Origin: Lepidodermella squamata
Taxonomy: Eukaryota > Animalia > Gastrotricha
Assembly: GCA_047495785.1 (NCBI GenBank)
Contig: JBLDXI010000046.1
Location: 930,001-994,000 of the forward strand
DNA: 64,000 nt
Direction: 5' to 3'
Shown: piece by piece, positions 37,620 through 48,004 of the stretch
Layout of the letters: each line of letters begins with the position of its first letter
Numbering within the stretch: the stretch's first letter is position 1
Notes under the pieces: model-generated
The model's input: the letters and a program-made list of their open reading frames with translations, nothing else
What the model was told of the DNA's origin: nothing
The model's database searches: none
Translations under genes and position numbers: made by a program

Positions 37620-37812
37620 CGCGACTTCCGCGCCAGAACAGTGTGCCGGAAATAGAAACAAATGGCGTAATGCATTTGATGCGCAGAAAAAAACTGGCGT
37701 TCACCATTTTTTCTAGCGATCAGGCACGCGACTGACGTGGCGAAGATGCAAAAAGTTAGTTTTACGCCATTTGTTGCTATTTCCGGCACACTGTTCTGGC
37801 GTGGAAGTCGCG
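37620..37812. mobile_element. 193-bp MITE with 4-bp TSD
   Basis: TIRs cgcgacttccgcgccagaacagtgtgccggaaatag and complement; TSD atag; empty site present in copy 1 (~25045). Confidence 0.88.
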
Positions 37813-38461
37813 ATAGCATAGCATGCATCTCACCAGTCAAAGTATCTTATACTACATAGATTCAAAATCACAAGTCAAAATAATACATTTCCAAGTTCAG
37901 ACGTGGAGCATTTTTAAGCTCTAATATAGATTTTTCAGCGAATAGCATCCTCGGCCGCGTAGCATTTATTCGGCGCGTCGTATCGCCTTAACGTGACCTG
38001 TTGCTCGAGATAAAGAATGAATCAAGCTTATTTTGATCGAGCGGACCCACCTCCCCGGTTCGACATCCAAAGCCTTGACCAGTGCGTCGGCAATCGGAGA
38101 AGCTGCCATTCTTGAAGCAGCTAGCGTAGGACTAATGTGGAATATATTCAAGATATACTAGGACATATCTGTAGACTCGAAGGAAAACCCACATAGCCGT
38201 ACTTGTGTTGGCACATCAACCAATTTCGGCCGAAATACTTGTAGCCGTTGAAAGTTTCGACCTGAAACATGACATCAATAAAGAATTTTTAAAAGTGATT
38301 AAATGCGAAGCCACAACTCACAACTTGTTCGTCGCCGGAGCATTGGTTCCTCATTTCACCGGAAATGCATCGAAAGACATTCGCATTCGTCTTGAGTGCG
38401 CATTTAAGTACAGTCTACGCGACAATTTTTGACATTTATGACAGTAACAGATGATGCTACT

Positions 38462-40870
38462 CGTTCGTGGCGCGGAAGAACCCGCACTTAGGTGATTTTT
38501 TGCCTTGAACTGTACTGCGCGGAGTACAGCCCCGAACACTGTACTGGGGAGTACAGCAATTACGAGCTGTACTCCCCAGTACGGTATATGGACTGTACGC
38601 CGAGTACAGCCTATGGAAGGGCTGTACTACCCAGTACAGCAATTCAGACTGTACTACCCTGTATACAGCAATTAGACCGTACGATGCCAAGTACAGCCAT
38701 TGACCGTACTGCCAAGTACAGTACTTCAGACTGTACTGCTCAGTACAGCTATCGTACAGCATAGCTATATGGGATTTAACAATTTGTTACTCGGATGGCG
38801 CGCGATATGAAAACGCATCTCTGTTTGAGAGAGTACTTGAATCGCAGCAAGTGGGCATGTGCCGTAAAATGAAAATAAGGACTTCGAAATTTTAAAATGT
38901 CCCGCTCCAACCAGACAACTCCTAGCTTACAGTGAAGCAAACCACCAATACTGATTTATTCTTTAAATCAATCATGTACCCCAAATCCCATATGCCACCC
39001 ACTATTTCACAAAGTATAATGCGATTAACAAAACGCAAAATGGCTCGAAGGCTGAACTCGGGTGTGTTTTGCGGGCAATTTTCCGTGACAGGTAATCTTT
39101 GCTTCGAGTTCTAACTATGACAGACGAATAGAGCTCCTCGTTTTTATGATTGCGGATTTATTTGTTGCCATCGGCCGCCGCCTCCGTTAAGCGGTTTTGG
39201 AGCGTCAAAACGCCAAAATTGCGCGATTTTGAGGCCAATTTTCGATGGTAGTTAAACTTTGCTTCGGGTTCTATTCAATAAAGACAAATAGAGCACCCTT
39301 GCTCCAATAACCCCGTAAGCTCTTGTGCGTCAGTCCGTCAATGTTAGGCGGTTGTGACGCGTCAAAAACGCCGAAAGCGCGACCCTGCCGTTGTACGTCT
39401 GCGATGACTCGGGCTAGTGTCGGAAATTTCGTGTCTACGTGAGGTGGCGTGCCTCTACAGCGGGCCTTTACATTCTCTCTTATGTCTGCTCGACAACGTG
39501 TGCCACGGCAGCCAGTACACCCTGCCAGATTGGGAAGAGGCAGGGGCCGTGGGCCGTGCCGATTTCGGGCAAGCCGTGTGGTGCGGTGCCGTCACAGCGT
39601 CTCTATTGAAGAGACAATTTTGCCAAGATTATCGTGCGTTGGATGCGCCAGGTGTTGGAGGCTCAACATCTCCTACCGAACAACCAGTGCGACTCTCGTG
39701 AGCCGACGTTCCAGAATCGATTCACTCCGCGTGCAGGAGGCCCGCTGGGACAAGCGGAAGGTATAATGTGAAAACTGCCAAATAGTGCGTTCACCAACTA
39801 TTTCGGAGACTGACCGCTTCGGAGTGCGGGGTACAACCTTCGGAGAGAAATAGCAAAACTTCAGCGGCCTTACCAGTGGCATTTTCTACGCTCGCGCGCA
39901 GCGTGACGACCGGAGTATCTATTGCTTACGACCGAAAATTGGCCGCGCGCTCACACACCACGCTCCTATGGCTCCTACTTGGGGTCAATGCAATTTTTTC
40001 CATTTTACCTAAATTCTCCAACTTTCTGCTCAATGAGACGCAACTTCTGATGAGGATAAAAAGACGTGACCTAAAATGAACTAAATTTCAACGCTCGCAG
40101 TTCACCAGCTTCGTTATATGTGTGCGCCGTGCACACAACTTTTACAAATGACAAATTAACCTCACCTTCCTGACCACCGTTCGAAGTCTATATGCTCTGT
40201 CCTGGGTTTAATCCTCTCCAACCTAAATATTGTGGTTAGTTGTCACATGCGAAGCAAGGACTGAGTGAAAAGCATTTTGGTTGTTCGACCGCGCGCCCGG
40301 AGGGTGTAACCGGTGAAAAATCGGGAATCATGCACCGCCGCGACTGTGTCAACTTACTCACTCCTTATTATACGCAATCATTAATACTTACAATTAAGTC
40401 ACGGGGTTGCGTACTTGTATAGCGTATTGCCAATATCAGATTTTCCAATTAATAGCAATCGAGCGCAGTGAAAGAAATCGCGCTGAAATGGAATCTTTAC
40501 AAAAAAAGCGAAGAAATTTCTAAAACACGCTATTTACAGCCTGATATGAGTGTACCTATAATATTATAATATAGTACGGTGGATGTTACTGTAAACTGCA
40601 AGTACAGTGATCGAGGCTGTACTTCGTGTACAGTAATCAAGGCTGTACTTCGAGTACAGTCATCAAGGCTGTACTGCGGTCTACAGTCTCCCATACAGCT
40701 GTACTTCCGTGTACAGCCTGATGAGCTGTATTTCCGGTACAGCCACCAAAAGACTGTACAATAAAAGTATAGCCCAGGACTGTACCGGAGAGTACAGCCG
40801 GGTGTTATACTGTACTAGCCAGTACAGACACTTTTTTGCCTGAAGTGCGGGTTCTTCCGCGCCACGAACG
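38462..40870. mobile_element. 2.4-kb non-autonomous DNA transposon with ctgtact/agtacag subterminal repeats
   Basis: Perfect 28-bp TIR cgttcgtggcgcggaagaacccgcactt; TSD tact (38458-38461, 40871-40874); empty site gatgctactcacccc in copy 1. No transposase ORF recognised. Confidence 0.92.
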
Positions 40871-40890
40871 TACTCACCCCGCGATTGCAA

Positions 40891-42219
40891 ATCTTCAATT
40901 TTACCCAGCAAAAGGCTGGTTGGTGCTGGACGTGAGCTGGACGAAGCTGGGTTGTGCTGGGTTGTGCCTGAAAAAAGTGTGCTGGACACGCGATTTGCTA
41001 TCCAGCACCTACTCGAAAATCATCCAGCACGAAGTCGTGTTACACACCTCATTCATCCAGCACGGTCCTGAAAATGGACTCGAACAGCTAACAAAAATTG
41101 ACAAAGTCGTGTGCGCGTGCTGGACTATAGTTCCAAGCAGGCAGAGTCAACATTTCTGAGAATCAGGTGTGACACAAAAAAATACGAATGGAGTTTCGAT
41201 TTTGTACGCCAATTTGACTCACTTTGCACGCAAGTTCAGCGCGAACCAAGTATCGCCGGTCAATAAATCTTATATCGGCGGATAGCCCTCTAAATTCTGT
41301 ACAAACTATCAGCGGCCGCTGGCCAAGTTCGCCGCCGATCGTGTCGATGTCGGCTTCGGAAATCGCGATTTTGGCCTTGGCCGCACGCCAATTTGACTCA
41401 CTTTGCACGCAAGTTCAGCGCGAACCAAGTATCGCCGGTCAATAAATCTTATATCGGCGGATAGCCCTCTAAATTCTGTACAAACTATCAGCGGCCGCTG
41501 GCCAAGTTCGCCGCCGATCGCGTCGATGTCGGCTTCGGAAATCGCGATTTTGGCCTTGGCCGCACGCCAATTTGACTCACTTTGCACGCAAGTTCAGCGC
41601 GAACCAAGTATCGCCGGTCAATAAATCTTATATCGGCGGATAGCCCTCTAAATTCTGTACAAACTATCAGCGGCCGCTGGCCAAGTTCGCCGCCGATCGC
41701 GTCGATGTCGGCTTCGGAAATCGCGATTTTGGCCTTGGCCGCACGCCAATTTGACTCACTTTGCACGCAAGTTCAGCGCGAACCAAGTATCGCCGGTCAA
41801 TAAATCTTATATCGGCGGATAGCCCTCTAAATTCTGTACAAACTATCAGCGGCCGCTGGCCAAGTTCGCCGCCGATCGTGTCGATGTCGGCTTCGGAAAT
41901 CGCGATTTTGGCCTATATTCAAAAGCCGTCACATTTGATACAGTGAATCCGGTGGCGTAGAGGGTTTGCCGCCACATGTGCTGGATGGGTGCCGAGATCG
42001 GGTCACAGAACCGCCACCTCGTTTTTCGCTTTCAATTAGGCCTTTTCCTGCACTGTCCAGCACTGGTGCTTTTAGTGCTGGATTCAGTGCTGGATGCGTG
42101 CCGGTCATGGCTAGGGACTGGTGCTGGATAATGGTGCTGGATAAATCGCACGCGTGCTGGATAGTGCGAAAAATTAGTGCTGGTTAGGTGCTGAAATTCG
42201 TGCTGGATACAATTGGAAT
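40891..42219. mobile_element. 1.3-kb insertion with ccagca/tgctgg subterminal motifs, carrying a tandem array
   Basis: Absent from copy 1 (gattgcaagtaggttgg); imperfect TIR ttcaattttacccagca / tgctggatacaattgga; TSD unclear. Confidence 0.78.
41206..41914. repeat. 179-bp tandem repeat, about 4 near-identical copies
   Basis: Unit begins acgccaatttgactcactttgcacg; identical spurious ORFs recur at 41224, 41403, 41582, 41761. Confidence 0.97.
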
Positions 42220-45200
42220 TAGGTTGGTCGAGCGTCTTTGACACGGGTAGAGCGTATTCGTCGCTCAGACACTTCAAGCGACAACCCAACAATTCTTGCG
42301 TTAACTTATTCACGCAGCGATAGAATGACGGATCTGAAATACAATAGATTTCAGATAATTTTACCAATACCAGTACGATGCACTAACCCTTGATGCATTT
42401 ACTGGGGCTTCGACAGGCGACCAAAGTCCCATTCGAATAGCAACTTAGTCCAGCGCCAGAGTTGGGGTTGCGGCAGGCATTCAGCGATTCATTGAGGCGT
42501 CCATACGGGAAACTGAACCCGGAATACGTCTGCTGTTGCGTCCAGGCATCGCACGGTGCGTTATTAGCTGCGGTTGTCTTAATCGCAGTGCCCTCGTAGT
42601 CGTAGCTCGTCGACGTGAATGTGCACTCTTTATCGAGGGTGCTGGCTTTAACCCCAGGGCAAGTCGCAAAGGCGATACGTTTGAATCCGTTGCCTGATTC
42701 TTCTTTCAGCGATTCGAAGTGCACCAATGCCTGGCTTTTGTCTGTAACAAAAACTCGCCCACTACTGACACCGCAAGAACAGAACCTGGCAAAATCGAAA
42801 ATCAATTATAGGGATAACACACACAAGATAAGTGAAAATGACCCACTTGAATCCTGGATAGCCTTCAGAGCCAAGGTCGCGGATCCAGACGCCATCTCCG
42901 CAGATCAAGTTACCAGGCGCGAATGGGCTGCTGTCTTCGCATTTCATGCCAGGTTTCGCCTCGAATCCGAATATCAAACCACTGGTGTTAGCCTACAATA
43001 TTTTAGAGTAATTTTTAAAGGGTTGTCTAATACATCAGCCACAGATACCGTTGAAACAAGCGAAGAGCAAGTATCGCCAGCGGAGTACTGGCCTGGGAAG
43101 CCGGGTGACGTTATGGTAGCCGTTTGACAGGGCGTAACATAGACAGGACCTCCACAGCGGCTTGGTGTAGGTTTCGCTGGCGCGAGCGTTTCGCATGTCG
43201 GGCCACCAAAGCCACGAGGACAACGGCATTCCGAGCACTGCTTGGCTGGATCCGGGAAACCGCCATTGCTGCAAATCGTTTGATTACAAGCCGGATATTG
43301 GCCTTCGGATCCACCGAAAAATTATAATAGATAATAGATAATCATCATCGAATTTAAATCTCACCAAAACATTGATAGAACTGGTTCAGCTTAAGAATAT
43401 CCAAATGGGACAAGTACATCTGTTGGCCCAGCGTCATGGAGTATCGCAAGTCGAGGGTTTCGTATAGTCGCTGGCCAGAGGGACTAAACGGCGCCATGGA
43501 CGTTAGTGCATCATAGTCGAAAGGGCCTGTATTGTACATCACGGGTGGCCACGCGATCGCATCCTGGCTGATGATTGAAATTGAGTGAATCAGCAATGTT
43601 TAAAATTTTTTTGGAAACATACTATAAGATATAGCTCGTATCGATCATTTTTACAAAGTTGTCACGGTCTGGCCGTGAGATTTCGTACCTCAAGCCCAGA
43701 GTATACATCAGGAATTCCAAAAACTTCCACTTCTAAAATGAGAGCGAAAACAAAAAAACAAGGACTGAAAGAAACTGGTGATGACACAATTCAAATTTAA
43801 CTGACGCAAGTAACTTAGGGACTTTTCAAACAAATTGTATCAGCGATGTTGGTCACGAGCCCACTTTTTCCTTTTTCTCCAGTTCATGAGCAGCAGCCTA
43901 TGAGTCAGCAGAAAAAATTGATAAGATTGTCCTGACGCTGCATAGGAAAAGAGCAATAAGCATAAAATGTAAAAAATGAATAGGCACAAAAATGGGCACG
44001 TGACCAGCATCACTAACACTAGTGTAATTTGCTTTGAAAAAAATGGAAATGCAAAAGAAAACATGTGAATGAAAAAACTTCATTTTAATCAAAACGTACC
44101 GTTAGGCGAACGTCCTCGACAGCGTGTATCGTCTTTGTCCATTGATTGAAATTCAGCAAACCCCAAATTTTTGCTGTAATCGATGGCTCTCTTATACTGT
44201 TTCCGCTGTAATCGCTGTAATCCCCGCCGCCATGCTACTAGGTGTGTCGACCATGCAATTTGGACAAGTCAGATATTTATCGAATTTTCAAGGTAATTTT
44301 GATGTTAATTCGATTTTCTTTAATTTACCCGCAATTTTCGAAGGTTTGTCCCGCGAATCGATTTTGCTGTCGAACCAGTCTTAACGAGCCGGTCAACAAT
44401 TCGTAACGGTATCGATGAATAATTAACAAGGTATTTTCGTGTTCAATTAATTTCAATTATTAATTTCAATTAATTTCTACAGGTAATCGGGCCTGCTCCA
44501 GTGGCGGTTTCTGCATCAGTCACAGCCGTTGTTCGAGCGTCTCGTGAAACATCATTCACTATTGACTTGACAATTTTCCAATTTTTTTTTATTGATCAGT
44601 TTTGATGAATAAAATGATACTTGCATCGACGGATTTGCGTGAAGGGTAAAACTGTCTTTTTTGAAACAGAGAGTGAAAGCCGCATTTTTAATAGTGAATG
44701 CGAAGTGCAAATGGCCCAAGTGAAAGTTCTAGTGAAATTAGCAACGAGCAAGTGACTGCGCAGTATAGAAACCATCTCTCACCACAAAAACTCTCACTGC
44801 AGAAAACCACCCAGAAAACTGTCCAGCTCGGCAAAAAACTAGACTTTTGACAGAATACTGCCAACAGAAAAACTCTCGCTAATTTGCATATTTAGTTTTT
44901 TTGATTTAGGCAGTTAAAAGGCCCGAAATTGTCGCTCAGGGTGTAAACATCAGCATATTCAAGCGAGAAATTGACACTCTAGGCCCGCCACAACATCGCT
45001 TAAACCAAGGCTGAACATTGTTTGGTATAAATGAAAAAAAACTCATTTCAAATTTTTTTAATTTTTATGGCATCTGAATATCCTCTCATGAATATTCTTA
45101 ACCTTATGAATATGAGTATGCCTTAACACCTAAAAGGATTGCTGCGCCAGTCAGAGTTATACTTGTTTTCTTTTGGCTGATTTGAACCCAATCGTGAAGC

Positions 45201-46218
45201 TAAAAATAGCTTAAAAATAGCTAAGAATAGCTGAAATAAAGCGCGTGCGTTATTTGTTTCATCTCAGCAAATTCCGATTATCGCTATAAACGATTTCCTC
45301 CGATTTAACTCAAATGCGGGAAGGGGCGTTGTGTGACATTGATCTCGCCAGCTGACATCATTTATGGTGCGGGATCCCGATGAAATTCAAATCGGAGGCT
45401 TATAATTGAGTTTCAATTTATTTGCATGAACGTTCAAGTTTTATTTTTTAGCTAGTTTCGTCCTACGACTTCGTAAAATAAGTGATACGATGTGATTTTG
45501 AATGCGAGATTGGGAATCGCACGTCATCGCGCTTCACTACCAATCGTGAATTGGCAATTGAGTCGATGGACGAGTCTAATTAGAAGAGCATGCACGCGTT
45601 AACGAGACGTTATAGCCATTTATTATTTCTTAAACAATAACTGAACTCCTACAAGCAGTAAGTACTCGATGCATGATCACGGCAATGAACAATACCTAAA
45701 AATATAAATGAGACAAATCCAATCAAACCCCGTCAAAACATGCAGCCAAGACTAAAGCGCGTTCGACATCATCCTACATCCTACTTGTCTTTTAGATTCT
45801 GGATATTCTTCCGGGTTCGCTGACGCAGATAAAAAAATAGCGTCGAAAATGTTGCGAGACCCTTATTTTGGCTTGGGACTAAATACTAATAATGAATATT
45901 AGTCCCAAGTATGAATTTTTGAAACTCAAATTTTTCGGAAGGAATTTGTCACACAGAGCAATTCAGATGGTCAAGATTCGGTATCGCCCGGTTTTATGTA
46001 TACATAGCTGGGTTTTTAGACTAGACCTAAAAGAGAGGATGGGCTTCGTAAAGAGCATTTTCATGATGTGAAAAAATCGTAAAAACCGTTATTATGCTCA
46101 CTTTTTAAAATTTAAACTCGAATGAAAACGCTTATAAGCGAAAAAAAACAAAAAACGAGTAGCACATTGGCGATAGTCTATTGTTTATACTCCTGTGTGT
46201 ATTTTCATGAAAAAGTAA

Positions 46219-47276
46219 ATGAGTAACTTATTAATTAAAGTTTCTTATACTGCATCCAACCGCCGTTGTTATTCAATGCTGGCTACGATTTTTAGCTGTA
46301 TTAGAAATTTGACCTACTACAGCGGAATATCTCGTTTATTGAGAAGCCGGTATTCTGTATCGTTCCGGAGGCGGTCATGCTTGTTCACCCTGATCACCCT
46401 TATAATCACAACTCTTTACCTGTTGAGACACCTTGGTTGGCTCGATATAGAGGGAGAATGCGGCGCTATGAGCCAGTATTACGATTCAAATGCTGGGAAA
46501 CCTCTGTACAACGTTGGCTTACTGATTATGGCAACGGGGCGTTACGTCAACTTCACGCATGGCCTCATCGAATCAGCGAGGAAGTACCTACTAACAGATT
46601 CAAGGCGATATAAGGTGCATTATATTGTATTCACCGACCACGTGAAGGATGCGCCGAAAGATCCTGATGTTACAGTAGTTTTCCAGAAGAGACTAGGCTG
46701 GCCTTCGGACACCCTATGGCGGTGTGGCATCTACCTTAACAGCTCAAAGCTTTATGAAGAGGTTTGCGTAATTTCCGCGTAATCAAACAATCCACCTTGA
46801 TAGATTTTCTATAGAAAAAACTGGATTATATGCTGTCTCTTGACGCGGACATGCGGATTGTGAACTGTATCGGCGGTGAGATTCTCAACGAGTTGTCTGC
46901 CGCTAGACACCCTGGCTATTACTTCCTGAGGTTCAACCCGTTCTTCCCGTTCGAAAGGCGCGACGAATCTTGCGCCCACGTTAGTAAGCTGGACTGGCGA
47001 GGTTACCGTGGTTATTTCTGCGGCGGGGTGTTCGCAGGGTCTCGTGATCGGTTCCTTCATCTCTGCCAGACTACAACGAACTGCATTCATGAAGACATGG
47101 GCAAGAATGTTGTAGCATGGTGGCATGACGAGTCTCACTTGAATCGGTACCTCATTGAGAATGATCACACAGTGCTCAGTTCGTCCTATTGCTTTGCCGA
47201 GGGATGGCGGTTGCCTTACAAGCCGAAAATCGTTGCGCTTAACAAGGACCATAACGCTATGAGAGCTGCTCGGTGA
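46219..47276 (+). CDS. Glycosyltransferase family 6 (ABO/alpha-1,3-Gal(NAc) transferase-like), type II membrane (exons 46219-46761, 46815-47276)
   Basis: GLLIMATGRY, HYIVFTD, GWPSDTLWR, DAD, HPGYY, PFERR, YFCGGVFAG, WHDESHLNRY, KDH; N-terminal TM; phase-0 intron 46762-46814. Start could be 46276. Confidence 0.92.
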
Positions 47277-48004
47277 TATGGGAATACTTCAATTCGGTTA
47301 TTGTGCGACTAACCTAATCTATACCTGTTTTTCGATGTTGAGAGATTTCAGGTATTAACGGGTTACGAGTCCGAAAAGTACGCCCGATGCAGTCCTGAGA
47401 AAATGCTATAATCACCGATACTTTACGATTACACATATCTTGTGAGATGAGAGGTATGTAACTATGGTAGTAGGGTATCGATGACTATTGCGTTAAAAAA
47501 TCTCGTCGTGCTATATCTTTCAAACGATACCTATATGTAATCGTGTTTTTAATAAATCATTCTAATGAAGCAAAACGTTATACCCCGCTAGTTTGAAGGC
47601 TAGTTATAGGCAATGTTTGAAAGCTGTATTTCAGATTGGAGCCACCATGGAGAACAGAAAATTGTTATCTCTTGCGTTTCTCTTCTAATTCCCGAGGAGT
47701 ACTTGAGTTTCTATTATGCTTCCCTCCAGCGTAAGAAGCTCCTTGGAAAACTAACTAGTCGGCTGCATTGGGTTAAAAGCAATATATCCTCAGTTTATAA
47801 GTCAAAAGGATTCTGCGTGAAAAATCTGGCTAATTACTTCGACATGGCGAATCTCTTGCAGTAGCGTACAAACAGAGTTCAGAATTCTTAAGTTTATTAG
47901 AAGTTTATTAGCTCATTACGCTACTGATATACGTTGAAGTGGGAGTGAACATGTTTACTTCATAAAAACGTTTGCTAAGGTCCCTCATTTAGTGCAGTTT
48001 TATA

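Larger units (their letters stand above)
37326..44195. repeat. Segmental duplication copy 2, expanded by three insertions
   Basis: Matches 24755-28540 after removing 37620-37812, 38462-40870 and ~40891-42219. Confidence 0.9.
37935..44195 (-). pseudogene. Astacin-like/EGF/CUB/kringle gene, copy 2, disrupted
   Basis: Same exon chain (EFLMYTLGLRYEISRPDRD; PFDYDALTSM); TGA right after GCCS; element ~40891-42219 splits a coding exon. Confidence 0.75.

Noticed and set aside
38457-38764. Tyr/Cys-rich ORFs
   Set aside because: Translations of ctgtact subterminal transposon repeats.
41206-41914. Repeated 73-92 aa ORFs, or a CRISPR-like array
   Set aside because: Pure 179-bp tandem repeat without unique spacers; the ORFs are by-products.
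45872-45909. Hairpin cttgggactaa...ttagtcccaag as terminator or miRNA
   Set aside because: 11-bp stem only, too short for a pre-miRNA; intrinsic terminators do not apply here.
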